The translations under genes and the position numbers were made by a program. Positions 1 through 9,404 of a stretch of 27,836 bases of DNA are shown here, in pieces. The notes under the pieces are model-generated. The model was given only the letters and a program-made list of their open reading frames with translations. It was not told the origin of the DNA and ran no database searches. The stretch comes from Candidatus Kuenenbacteria bacterium (lineage in GTDB: Bacteria > Patescibacteriota > Patescibacteriia > UBA2591 > PGYQ01): contig JACQWZ010000109.1 in the NCBI GenBank assembly GCA_016209005.1, forward strand, positions 1 to 27,836. Direction: 5' to 3'. Position 1 is the first letter of the stretch. The number at the start of each line of letters is the position of its first letter.

Positions 1-2
1 GT

Positions 3-1292
3 GGCATTCATATTTGTAAAGCAATGTTGGCTTATCAAAAATGGGGAGAAAATAAAACGCCAGAAAGCGAAAAAATAAAGAGCGATCATTTTATTGGAAA
101 TTTTTATGCGCTTTTTGAACAAGCGGCAAAAAAAGAACAAGGAGAAAAAAAATTAGAAAAAATTACAGAAACAAATTTTTACAAAGAAGCCTCTGAAATG
201 CTTAAAAAATGGGAGCAAGGAGATGAACAAGTTATAAAATTATGGGAAAAAATAAATCAATGGGTTTTAAACGGATTTGAAAAAACTTATCAGCGCATTG
301 GAATAAAATTTGATCAATGGTATTTTGAAAGTCAAACCTATAAAATTGGGCGAAAAATTATTTTAAAAGCTTTAAAAAAGGGGATTTGTTATCAAAGAAA
401 AGATAATGCAATAGAAATCGATTTAACTAAATATGGTTTAGATAAAAAAGTTTTATTGCGACCAAACGGAACAAGCGTTTATATTACTCAAGACATTGGT
501 GTAGCTAAATTAAAATTTGATCAATTTAAATTTGATCAATCAATTACTCTCACTGGAGTTGAACAAATTTATCATTTTCAAGTTTTATTTAAAATTTTAG
601 AACTGTTAAATTTTAAATGGGCGAAAAAATGCGTTCATTTAATTCATGAAATGGTTAATCTGCCAGAAGGAAAAATGAAATCGCGCGAAGGTAAAGTGGT
701 TGACTCTGATAATTTATTAGATGAAATGAAAAAAATAGCCCAAGAGGAAATTAAAAAAAGGGATCAAACTATTTCTTTTGAGGAATTAGATCAAAGAGCT
801 GAGAAAATTAGTTTGGCTGCGATAAAATTTCATTTATTAAAAGTAAATCCAAAACAAACTATTTGTTTTGATCCGCGAAAATCTCTTTCTTTTAAAGGAG
901 CGACTGGCCCATATTTACAGTATACTTACGCAAGAATTCAAAGTATTTTAAGAAAAATACAAAAGGATAATATTAAACAGTACCACGGACTAGTCCATGG
1001 TACTGTAAATTTTTCTTGCTTAAAAGAGGAAGGAGAATGGGAATTGGGGAAACGGATTTTTGAATTTTCTGATGTAATAAAAAAAGCGGCTCAAGATTAT
1101 AATCCGGCGCTTTTAGCTGAATATCTTTTAAGATTAGCCGCTAGTTTTAATAAATTTTATCATCAACATTCAATTCTTAAATCCGAATCTAAAGAACTGC
1201 AAAACGTTCGTCTAATTCTTATTCAATCCGTGGCAATTGTTTTAAAAAAAGGATTAAATTTGTTGGGTATTGAAGAAATAGAGAAAATGTAA
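3..1292 (+). CDS. argS: Arginyl-tRNA synthetase, 5'-truncated by the window edge
   Basis: The frame is open from position 3 (GIHICKAMLAY, typical ArgS). It has a KMKSREG KMSKS-like motif, the GATGPYLQYTYARIQSILRK motif and a DALR-type C-terminus ending IEKM. Confidence 0.96.
   Translation, partial: GIHICKAMLAYQKWGENKTPESEKIKSDHFIGNFYALFEQAAKKEQGEKKLEKITETNFYKEASEMLKKWEQGDEQVIKLWEKINQWVLNGFEKTYQRIGIKFDQWYFESQTYKIGRKIILKALKKGICYQRKDNAIEIDLTKYGLDKKVLLRPNGTSVYITQDIGVAKLKFDQFKFDQSITLTGVEQIYHFQVLFKILELLNFKWAKKCVHLIHEMVNLPEGKMKSREGKVVDSDNLLDEMKKIAQEEIKKRDQTISFEELDQRAEKISLAAIKFHLLKVNPKQTICFDPRKSLSFKGATGPYLQYTYARIQSILRKIQKDNIKQYHGLVHGTVNFSCLKEEGEWELGKRIFEFSDVIKKAAQDYNPALLAEYLLRLAASFNKFYHQHSILKSESKELQNVRLILIQSVAIVLKKGLNLLGIEEIEKM
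977..1006. repeat. 30-bp near-perfect palindrome (REP-like) translated in frame inside argS
   Basis: ACAGTACCACGGACT/AGTCCATGGTACTGT has one mismatch and lies within the KQYHGLVHGTV stretch. Confidence 0.8.
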
Positions 1293-1367
1293 AAATTTTA
1301 TTTTTAAATAATTTTATTGTATAATTTTATTCAATAATTAAATTTTTAATTTAAAATAATAAAAATT

Positions 1368-1420
1368 AGATTCCTCCACTTCGTTCGTTCACAGACTTAC
1401 TCTCTTCGGTCGGAATGACA
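1368..1420. repeat. REP-like half element (AGATTCC...GGAATGACA)
   Basis: GC-rich island in AT-rich intergenic DNA. Its ends resemble the right half of the GTCATTGCGAG...CTCGCAATGAC element at 15286-15401. Confidence 0.55.
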
Positions 1421-1486
1421 CATTTGTGAAAATTAATAAAATTTGCCAAAGTTTAGTTATTAAAAATTGATTAGAAATTAGAAATT

Positions 1487-1647
1487 CAGGACTTACGCAG
1501 TTTAATCAAAAAATGGCTAAAGTTAGCGAAAATTGAATTTTTGTTAATTTTTCATTTTTAGCTAATATTAGCCAAATGCACATTAATAGTGATTTTTCAT
1601 TTTTAGCTAATATTAGCCAAATGCACATTAATAGTGCGTAACTCCTG
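1487..1647 (-). mobile_element. 116-bp MITE copy 1 (reverse orientation) carrying an internal 45-bp tandem duplication
   Basis: TIR CAGGACTTACGCA / TGCGTAACTCCTG and AAATT on both flanks. Bases 1547-1591 are repeated at 1592-1636. Confidence 0.93.
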
Positions 1648-1696
1648 AAATTAGAAATTTATAAAAATTTTCTCTTAGAAAATTTTTGCCTATTTT

Positions 1697-4312
1697 ATGT
1701 TTAAAAAAGAAAATAAAATATTAGATTTAAGCGGTGAGAGAAAAAAAAGAGAAAAAGAGGTGGAAGAAATAAGGAGAAAAATGAGTTTAAAAAAAGATTT
1801 ACCCCTCACCTTTTTCAGAAAAAAGGTGAGGGGTAAATCCCCCTTATCAGGGGGACTTATTGAGAAACAGCAATCGCAAAAATTATTATCAAAATTAGCG
1901 TTAACGATTTGCGATTCTTTTATTTCCGCGCCTATTTATTTTTTGGTTTTTTTGATCCCCTTATTTTTTCTTCCTTTTACATTTGAAATTTTTGAATTTA
2001 ATAAACAATATCTACTTTGGTCTTTGATAGCCATAACTTTAATGGCTTGGTTAATTAAAATAGCGATCATAAAAAAAGAGTTTGAATTTTTAAAAAATCC
2101 TTTAAATATTCCAATTTTGATCTTAATGATAATTTTTACTTTAGCCGCTTTTCTTGGCATAGATTCTCATTCTTCAATTTGGGGATCCTATGGTTGGTCT
2201 TCGGGAAATCTTTTGGAAATGTTAAGTTTTGGAATATTGTTTTTTATAATCATTAATAATGTTAAAAAAACAAATTTATCCATTAATCGTTTATTAAATG
2301 TTTTTTTAATCTCTGGATTTTTTGTTGTTTTAATAAGCTGTCTTTCAATTTTTGGTTTTCTTTCGAAATGGACATCTCAAATTCCACAGTTTAATTTTTT
2401 ACAAGGAATTAATTTATCTAATTTTAACACAGTCGGATCATGGGAGGCTTTAAGTATTTATTTGGCAGTAATTATTATTTTAATTTTAGGACAAAATCAA
2501 TTAACAAATAACAGACAACAAATAACAAATATTTTTTTAAAAACGGAAAAATTTTTAATCACTGTTGGTTGTTGGTTGTTGATTGTTGGTTGTTTAGGTT
2601 TATTAGTAATTATTCATTTTACATTAGCCTGGATTATTTTATTAATTGCCACGGGATTATTGTTGTTTTTTAAAATAAGCGAAGCAAGAAATGAAAATTT
2701 GTTTAAAATTTATTTAATTATTATAACTTTTACTTTTTCTATTGTTTCTCTTTTTTTCCCTTTGAATAAATTTATTAAAATAGATTTACAAAAAGAAATA
2801 AGGCTTGATAATAAAATAAGTTGGCAAATTACTGGAAATGTTATACAACATCGTCCAATTTTAGGCGTTGGTCCGAGCGCTTTTATTTATAATTTTTCTA
2901 AATATCATTCAAAAGAATTTAATCAAAATGAAAATTGGCAAATTCGTTTTGGAAAAAGCGGAAATTATATTTCAGAATTAATTAGCAGTATTGGGATTTT
3001 AGGAATATTAATTTATTTAATTTTAATTGGAATTTTTTTAAGTTTGATTTGCCGTTTGCCATTCATTATTTATTATTTTCCAGTATTTTTTCTTTTTCTT
3101 TCTCAATTTTTTTATCGTGAAAACACAGTTTTAAATTTTTGTTTTTGGTTTTTTCTTAGTCTTTCAATAGCTAATTGGAAAAAAATAAAACCGGAAATTT
3201 TTAAAACTCAAAGGTTCGGACATAAAATTTTAAAAAATATTCCAGAATTTTCTGTTATTTTAAATTCTATTTTGGTTTTAATATTTTGCGGTTTGCTTGG
3301 AGTAGGTTATTTTGCTGTTCAAAATTATAAAGCGGAGGCGTTGATAAAATATGGATTGAATTTAAAACAACAAACAGAAAATTATTCAAATCAAAAAATA
3401 GAACTTTTTAATCAGGTTTTAAATTTAAATCCTAAGCAAATATATTATCAAATAGGTTTAATTCAGGCTTATTTAGATAAAGCCCTAACCGAATTTCCAA
3501 ATTTAAAAGATCAGAAATTTTTTGAGAAATTAAAAGAGATAGTTAATTTGGGTATTAATCAAATAAAAAAAATTCAAGAAATGGCTCCGTTTGATGTAAA
3601 AACAGCGGAAATTCAGGGACAATTTTATCGAGATATTAAAATTATAACAAGCGGCGCAACCCCTTTATCAATAGAAGGATTTATGAAAGCGATAAAATTA
3701 GAGCCAAATAATCCTCTTTTGCGCGCAGAATTGGGAATGGCGTATATGGATTTAGCGGAAATAAATAAAGAAAAAGATTTAGAAAAAAAATCTGAAGAAT
3801 CCATTTTAAATGAAAAATCTTTTATAGAAAAAATAAAAAAAATGAAATCATCTGAATTGATTAAATTAGGACAAAAAGAATTCAATGAAGTATTAGAATT
3901 AAAAAATGATTTTTGGTTGGCTAAATATAAGTTGGCTCTTTCTTATGAAAAGCAAGGAGATGTTAAAAAAGCGATAGCTGATTTAGAAAAAATTGTCATA
4001 GATTTAAACAAAGAAAAAAAAGATGATCCAACACTCTTTTTTGATCTCGGGAGACTTTATTTTAATCAAGACAGAGTGGATGAAGCGATTAAAATATTTC
4101 AAATGGCTATTCAATTATCGCCTGATTATTCCAACGCTCTTTATGGTTTAGCGATAGCTTATGAAAAGAAAAATCTTTATGATCAAACATTGCAAACTTT
4201 CCAAAAACTTCAACAATTAAATCCAGGACATGGGGAAATAGAAAGGAAGATTATTGAGTTGAAACAAAAAAACAATAAAACACAAAAACACAAAAACACA
4301 AAAACAAATTAA
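1697..4312 (+). CDS. Polytopic membrane protein with O-antigen-ligase-like region and C-terminal TPR repeats
   Basis: About a dozen hydrophobic segments and an HRPILGVGPSAF motif like Wzy_C/O-antigen ligase. The C-terminus has TPR-like repeats (LGRLYFNQDRVDEAIKIFQMAIQLSPDYSNALYGLA). Confidence 0.8.
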   Translation: MFKKENKILDLSGERKKREKEVEEIRRKMSLKKDLPLTFFRKKVRGKSPLSGGLIEKQQSQKLLSKLALTICDSFISAPIYFLVFLIPLFFLPFTFEIFEFNKQYLLWSLIAITLMAWLIKIAIIKKEFEFLKNPLNIPILILMIIFTLAAFLGIDSHSSIWGSYGWSSGNLLEMLSFGILFFIIINNVKKTNLSINRLLNVFLISGFFVVLISCLSIFGFLSKWTSQIPQFNFLQGINLSNFNTVGSWEALSIYLAVIIILILGQNQLTNNRQQITNIFLKTEKFLITVGCWLLIVGCLGLLVIIHFTLAWIILLIATGLLLFFKISEARNENLFKIYLIIITFTFSIVSLFFPLNKFIKIDLQKEIRLDNKISWQITGNVIQHRPILGVGPSAFIYNFSKYHSKEFNQNENWQIRFGKSGNYISELISSIGILGILIYLILIGIFLSLICRLPFIIYYFPVFFLFLSQFFYRENTVLNFCFWFFLSLSIANWKKIKPEIFKTQRFGHKILKNIPEFSVILNSILVLIFCGLLGVGYFAVQNYKAEALIKYGLNLKQQTENYSNQKIELFNQVLNLNPKQIYYQIGLIQAYLDKALTEFPNLKDQKFFEKLKEIVNLGINQIKKIQEMAPFDVKTAEIQGQFYRDIKIITSGATPLSIEGFMKAIKLEPNNPLLRAELGMAYMDLAEINKEKDLEKKSEESILNEKSFIEKIKKMKSSELIKLGQKEFNEVLELKNDFWLAKYKLALSYEKQGDVKKAIADLEKIVIDLNKEKKDDPTLFFDLGRLYFNQDRVDEAIKIFQMAIQLSPDYSNALYGLAIAYEKKNLYDQTLQTFQKLQQLNPGHGEIERKIIELKQKNNKTQKHKNTKTN
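1796..1855. repeat. Double hairpin (20-bp perfect stem plus 6-bp stem) within the 5' part of the TPR membrane protein ORF
   Basis: GATTTACCCCTCACCTTTTT-caga-AAAAAGGTGAGGGGTAAATC is followed by TCCCCC-ttatca-GGGGGA, which is related to the REP at 8341-8376. Confidence 0.85.
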
Positions 4313-4598
4313 CCTAATTGATCTAATTTTAATCAAAAAAAATCAAAAATTAAAAATCAAAATGTAAAATGACAATGCAAAATTAAAAAATAAATTTAAG
4401 AAAAAATTATATGATAAAGTAAAAAATAATTTTAACATTTTAATTTGTCATTTTGATCTCTCGACTTCACTCGGGACAAGCTTTTGATATTTACATTTTA
4501 ATTTTATATTTATTAGTGTTTATTCGTGTTAATAGATTAGTGGTTGACTATTTCATTATTAATTCCTAAAAAGCTAAAAGCTAAAAGCTGCTAATTTT

Positions 4599-5753
4599 AT
4601 GTTAAATAAAAATATAAAAATTAAAGCATTAACCGGAGCGCAAGCGGTGGCTGAGGCAATGAGACAAATAAATCCAGGGGTGGTTTCTATTTATCCAATT
4701 ACTCCCCAAACGCCAATTATAGAAAATTTTAGCCAATTTGCGGTTAATGGACAAGTAGATTCAGAGATAGTCAGAGTAGAATCTGAACATTCGGCTTTAA
4801 GTCTGGCAATTGGAGCTCAGGCGAGCGGAGTGAGAGCGATGACCGCTAGTTCTTCGCAGGGCTTAGCTTTAATGTGGGAAATTCTTAGCGTAGCTAGCGG
4901 ATTGCGTTTGCCAATTATTATGCCAGTGGTTAATAGAGCTTTGTCAGCGCCGATTAATATTCATTGCGATCATTCAGATTCTATGGGTTGTCGAGATTTA
5001 GGTTGGATACAAATTTATTCGGAAAATAATCAAGAAGTTTACGAAAATATTTTATTGGCAATCAAAGTGGCCGAACAAGTAAAATTGCCAGCGATGATTA
5101 TGCAAGACGGATTTATTACTTCCCATTGCCTGGAAGCGGTCAAAATTTTTTCAGATAAAATTGTTCAAAAATTTTTAGGGGAATATAAATCAGAATATTC
5201 TCTTTTAGACACAAAAAATCCAATTAGTTTTGGGCCGACTGTTTCTCAGCCAAATTATTTTATTGCAAAGTGTCAGCAAATTCAAGCGATGGAACAAGCG
5301 AAAAAAGTTTATTTAAAAATTGGCAAAGAATTTTCAAAAATTACCAAACGAAAATATGAATATTTTGAAAAATATAAATTAGACGACGCTGAAGTTGGAA
5401 TTGTGGTCATGAGTTCTACGGCCGGAACAGTTAAAGCGGTTGTTAATCAGATACGAAAAAAAGGATTTAAAGTTGGATTGTTAAAACCGATTTTATTCAG
5501 ACCATTTCCTTATCAAGAAATAGCTCAAGCTCTATCTCATCTTAAAGTAGTGGCTGTTTTAGATCGTTCCGCCTCTTTCGGCGCATCCCCTCCGCTTTAC
5601 ACTGAAATTGTCAATTCTTTTTCAGTTAAAAGCTATCAGCTAAAAGCTATCAGCTATATATTCGGTTTAGGCGGGCAAGATATTTTTGAAAAAGACATTG
5701 AAAAAGTTTTTAAAGATTTATTGGCCGGGAAAATTGATGAAAAAAAAGATTAA
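4599..5753 (+). CDS. porA: Pyruvate:ferredoxin oxidoreductase alpha subunit
   Basis: Motifs YPITPQT, VESEHSALS, TASSSQGL, VNRALSAPINIHCDHSD, FRPFP and GLGG. Confidence 0.93.
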   Translation: MLNKNIKIKALTGAQAVAEAMRQINPGVVSIYPITPQTPIIENFSQFAVNGQVDSEIVRVESEHSALSLAIGAQASGVRAMTASSSQGLALMWEILSVASGLRLPIIMPVVNRALSAPINIHCDHSDSMGCRDLGWIQIYSENNQEVYENILLAIKVAEQVKLPAMIMQDGFITSHCLEAVKIFSDKIVQKFLGEYKSEYSLLDTKNPISFGPTVSQPNYFIAKCQQIQAMEQAKKVYLKIGKEFSKITKRKYEYFEKYKLDDAEVGIVVMSSTAGTVKAVVNQIRKKGFKVGLLKPILFRPFPYQEIAQALSHLKVVAVLDRSASFGASPPLYTEIVNSFSVKSYQLKAISYIFGLGGQDIFEKDIEKVFKDLLAGKIDEKKD

Positions 5754-5839
5754 GTATATTATGTAGTTATGAATATGGAATATGGAATATGAAATAATTC
5801 CCTAAAAGCTAAAAGCTAAAAGCTAAAAGCTAATTCAGG

Positions 5840-5926
5840 GCCGAAGTGGTGAAATTGGTAGACACGCGGGTCTCAAAAACCCGTGAGCGAAAGCTCATGT
5901 CGGTTCAAGTCCGACCTTCGGCACCA
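5840..5926 (+). tRNA. tRNA-Leu (anticodon CAA), class II long variable arm, encoded CCA
   Basis: Acceptor GCCGAAG/CTTCGGC, anticodon arm CGGGT-CTCAAAA-ACCCG, variable arm TGAGC-GAAA-GCTCA, T-loop GGTTCAAGTCC and terminal ACCA. Confidence 0.96.
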
Positions 5927-6130
5927 AATGATAAAATATAATTTTTGAATTTAATTTTGAATTTAGAATTTTGAATAAAATTCGAATGTTTAAATGTGGT
6001 GTTTGACTCTTCTCCGAAAAAGTACAGTGACTTTTAGTCAAAAAAAATTAAAATTTTATTTAAAATTAGAGAAATTTGTATGATAAAATAATAAAACTAT
6101 TGATTATTTATTTTAAATTACAAAGCTTTC

Positions 6131-6228
6131 AAATTTTCCCTTTCCTTAATGAGAGAAGTTTCCCAAATTCTCCCCCTCCCTTGATGGGAAGGGTTTCTCT
6201 AATTTTCCCCTCCCTTGATGGGAGGGGA
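6131..6228. repeat. Three tandem REP-like units (CCCCTCCCTTGATGGGAGGGG family), progressively degenerate
   Basis: Each unit starts with AAATT(C/T)(T/C)CCC. The last unit has the same core as the REP at 8283-8304. Confidence 0.8.
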
Positions 6229-6406
6229 GTATGAAAGTGTCAGGGGATGGAAAAATCTAATTTATTGGAAAATCCATTCTCTGACACTCTGAATTATTTT
6301 TTCTATATTCTTTTATTTTTCAAATAAATCCAGAAGAAACAATTCACTTCACTTTTTCCCTTCCCTCCGCCGTGTTAACATAGTAGTTTTTTCTTGAAAA
6401 ATTTTT

Positions 6407-6470
6407 AAAATAAGTTATGATTAACTTAAGAAATTTTAAAAATAAGTTATGATTAACTTAAGAAATTTTA
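6407..6470. repeat. Perfect 32-bp tandem duplication, each unit containing TAAGTTA-N4-TAACTTA
   Basis: AAAATAAGTTATGATTAACTTAAGAAATTTTA occurs twice. Confidence 0.9.
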
Positions 6471-6507
6471 AATTTTAAATTTTAAATTTTAAATAAAGTT
6501 TGAATTA

Positions 6508-6623
6508 CAGGAGTTACGCACTATTAATGTGCATTTGGCTAATATTAGCTAAAAATGAAAAATTAACAAAAATTCAATTTTCGCTAACTTTAGCCATTTT
6601 TTGATTAAACTGCGTAAGTCCTG
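6508..6623 (+). mobile_element. 116-bp MITE copy 2
   Basis: CAGGAGTTACGCA...TGCGTAAGTCCTG flanked by a direct AATTA repeat. Confidence 0.95.
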
Positions 6624-6746
6624 AATTATTTAATTTTTTAAACTTAAATTGTTTGAAAATTAATCCGCCACCAGCTGGCGGACTTAAATTTTGCTTATTT
6701 TGTAATTTATTTTTTTCTAAAAGCTAAAAGCTACAAGCTAATTTTT

Positions 6747-7736
6747 ATGAAACTATTAATAACTGGCGGAGCTGGGTTTATTGGGTCTAATTTTATACAT
6801 TATTGGATAAAAAAATATCCAGACGACAAAATTGTCAATTTGGATGTTTTAACTTACGCTGGAAATTTGGAAAATTTAAGAGATATTGAAAATAATTCTA
6901 ATTATAAATTTGTAAAAGGCGATATTTGCGATTCCGCATTAGTAAATGATTTAGTAAAAGACATTGATCTAATTGTTCATTTTGCCGCTGAAACACATGT
7001 TGATCGATCAATTATAAATAGCCAAGATTTTATTAGAACTAATGTGGAAGGCACGCGAATCTTGCTTGACGCGGCAAAAAATAACAATATTAGATTTCAT
7101 CATATTTCCACTGATGAAGTTTTTGGCTCGCTCGGTTTTAATAACAAACCATTTAATGAAAAAACTTCTTATGATCCTCGCAGTCCTTATAGCGCTTCAA
7201 AAGCAGCCGCGGATCATTTAGTTCGAGCTTATTATCATACTTATAAATTGTCAATTACTATTTCCAATTGTTCTAATAATTACGGGCCATACCAATTTCC
7301 AGAAAAAATTATCTCGCTTTTTATCACTAATTTAATAGAAAATAAAAAAATTCCAGTCTATGGGGAAGGCAAAAATGTTCGCGATTGGATTTATGTTGAT
7401 GATCACAATGCTGGAGTTGAAGCGATTATTAAAAAAGGTAAAATTGGCGAAACCTATTGTCTTGGTGGAAATAGTGAATTATCAAATTTAGAATTAACAA
7501 AAAAAATTTTAAAATTAATGGACAAAGGAGAGGAAATGATTGAATATGTTAAAGATAGGTTGGGACATGATTTGCGTTATGCAATAGATTTTTCTAAAGC
7601 TAAAAATGAATTAGGTTGGGAATCAAAAATGAATTTTAAAGATGGATTAAGAGAAACAATTGAATGGTACAAAAATAATCAAGAATGGTGGAAAAAAATA
7701 AAGAGTGGAGAATATTTAGAATATTATAAAAAATAA
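6747..7736 (+). CDS. rfbB: dTDP-glucose 4,6-dehydratase
   Basis: Motifs GGAGFIG, HFAAETHVDRSI, STDEVFG, YSASK, NCSNNYGPYQFPEK, RDWIYVDDH and GHDLRYA. Confidence 0.96.
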   Translation: MKLLITGGAGFIGSNFIHYWIKKYPDDKIVNLDVLTYAGNLENLRDIENNSNYKFVKGDICDSALVNDLVKDIDLIVHFAAETHVDRSIINSQDFIRTNVEGTRILLDAAKNNNIRFHHISTDEVFGSLGFNNKPFNEKTSYDPRSPYSASKAAADHLVRAYYHTYKLSITISNCSNNYGPYQFPEKIISLFITNLIENKKIPVYGEGKNVRDWIYVDDHNAGVEAIIKKGKIGETYCLGGNSELSNLELTKKILKLMDKGEEMIEYVKDRLGHDLRYAIDFSKAKNELGWESKMNFKDGLRETIEWYKNNQEWWKKIKSGEYLEYYKK

Positions 7737-7837
7737 TATGGCGAATAAAAAAATTTTATTAGATAAGGGGTTTGTGAAAAATTATAAAAAAATAAATTCC
7801 CGAGAGGATTTAAGATTTTAAGATTTAAGATTTAAAA

Positions 7838-8104
7838 ACTCGGTATTCAATATTGGACGATCGTCATAAAATGAAACGTAAGGAAAATTTATTATTATTT
7901 TAGTTCTATCACTTTAATATTGCTATAGCAATATTAAAGTGATAATTTGTTTTTATTTTTATCACTGTAGAAGAATAGAAAGTAAAAATATGGTGTAAAT
8001 AATAAACAATGGCTAAACAATAGCTGGCTTTGTATGCCCCACCTTTGTATACTCAGTATTCAATATTGGACGATCGTCACAAATTGAAACGCAAGGAAAA
8101 TTTA
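7838..8104 (+). repeat. Pair of 54-bp direct repeats (7838-7891 and 8051-8104) bracketing a 38-bp perfect palindrome (7907-7944)
   Basis: ACTC(G/A)GTATTCAATATTGGACGATCGTCA(T/C)AAA(A/T)TGAAACG(T/C)AAGGAAAATTTA has 4 differences between copies. The palindrome is TATCACTTTAATATTGCTA/TAGCAATATTAAAGTGATA. Confidence 0.9.
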
Positions 8105-8212
8105 AGATTTATGATTTAAGATTTAGATTAGGATTTTAAAAAAAAAGTATCAACACTTTATACGATCGTGAGGAATGTTGATATAAAATTAATAAATCTT
8201 TTCAACCACAAT

Positions 8213-8249
8213 AAAAAATAAAGCGCGTTTAATTCGCGCTTTATTTTTT
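8213..8249. terminator. Probable bidirectional intrinsic terminator between convergent rfbB and the 8412-8999 gene
   Basis: 15-bp stem AAAAAATAAAGCGCG-tttaatt-CGCGCTTTATTTTTT, with an A-tract on one side and a T-tract on the other. Confidence 0.7.
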
Positions 8250-8275
8250 TATTTATTTTGAATTATAAAACTCTT

Positions 8276-8376
8276 AAATTCTCCCCCTCCCTTGATGGGA
8301 GGGGTTGGGGGAGGGTGAGGAATAACATAACATTTAAACACCCTCTCCTTAATCCTCCCCTATCAAGGGGGAGGAG
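8276..8376. repeat. Inverted pair of REP-like hairpins (BIME-like)
   Basis: CCCCTCCCTTGATGGGAGGGG-TTGGGGGAGGGTG ... CACCCTCTCCTTAA-TCCTCCCCTATCAAGGGGGAGGA. Confidence 0.8.
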
Positions 8377-8411
8377 ATGTGGATAAGGTATTTTATAATT
8401 CACGGTATTTA

Positions 8412-8999
8412 TTATTCAACTGGTGGTATTTCTGGAGTTGTTGGAACTGCTGGAGCTGTTGGAGCTGAAGTTGCTTTTTTTTCAGCTGCTGGTTTAGCTT
8501 CATATTCAGCAATAGCTTGAACAACTTTTCCATCTTTCTTTAAATCTTCTATAAATAATACCTGATTTCGATTTATTCTCATTAAATCTTTTGGTCCATG
8601 CAATTCTTCCCCTAATTTAATTAAAGAAATAGATTGCTCGGTTTGTGGCTCAGGATTTTTTGGATCTTGAGATTTTTGCAACACTTGTTTTACTTGAAGA
8701 TAATAAATATTTTCTAATACAACCTCATTGGCATTTTCTTTAACCACATGACCAAAATAAACTTGGCCATTAGTTAAAAATACTCCTTGCCATTCTCCTT
8801 GAGCGGATTTTGTTATCTCTAAACCTTTTTGGTTATTTAAAACAAAACCCACTACTCCGACAATAACTAAAACTAAAATAATCAATCCAATAATCAAACC
8901 AGTTGCCTTAGGTGGCGGGCAACATTTGCTTCCTTCAGAAGATTTTGTTTCTTCCAGATCAAAATCTTCCATAGGCGATTTTCTAATATCCATAGCCAT
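8412..8999 (-). CDS. Conserved hypothetical single-pass membrane protein (CPR-type, WQGVFLTNGQVYFG motif)
   Basis: One N-terminal TM helix, a soluble domain and a Pro/Ala-rich tail. AAGGAG lies upstream of the ATG. Confidence 0.75.
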   Translation of the reverse strand: MAMDIRKSPMEDFDLEETKSSEGSKCCPPPKATGLIIGLIILVLVIVGVVGFVLNNQKGLEITKSAQGEWQGVFLTNGQVYFGHVVKENANEVVLENIYYLQVKQVLQKSQDPKNPEPQTEQSISLIKLGEELHGPKDLMRINRNQVLFIEDLKKDGKVVQAIAEYEAKPAAEKKATSAPTAPAVPTTPEIPPVE

Positions 9000-9404
9000 A
9001 ATTTTCTCCTTTTTATTAATTGTTCATTAGCGCTAATTTCGCGCTATCTTTACAAATTAATAAATATAAAAAATAAAAATAGACAAAAATTTAAGAAAAT
9101 TTTTGCAAATCCTAAATCCCAATATCCAATGTCCAATAAAATCCCAAATCTCAAACCCCAAACAAAATACAATTAGGATTTAGGATTTGATTGGGCATTG
9201 GGGTTTGGGCATTGGGGTTTAATATAAATTATTATTAAGCATTTAAAAAATATTGTCAAAATTTTTCTGTGAATAACTTTGAATTGAGAGATGGGGGGTG
9301 GGAAGTTGGAAGTGGGAGAATTAAGAATACAGAATTATGTTAAACATCAATTGATTATTTTTATATTTACTAAAAAGCTAAGAAGCTACAAGCTAAAAAG
9401 CTAA

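Noticed and set aside
7838-8104. CRISPR array interpretation of the 54-bp direct repeats, the 44-bp repeats at 26411 or the MITE copies
   Set aside because: There are too few units, the lengths are wrong, there are no regular unique spacers and no cas genes.
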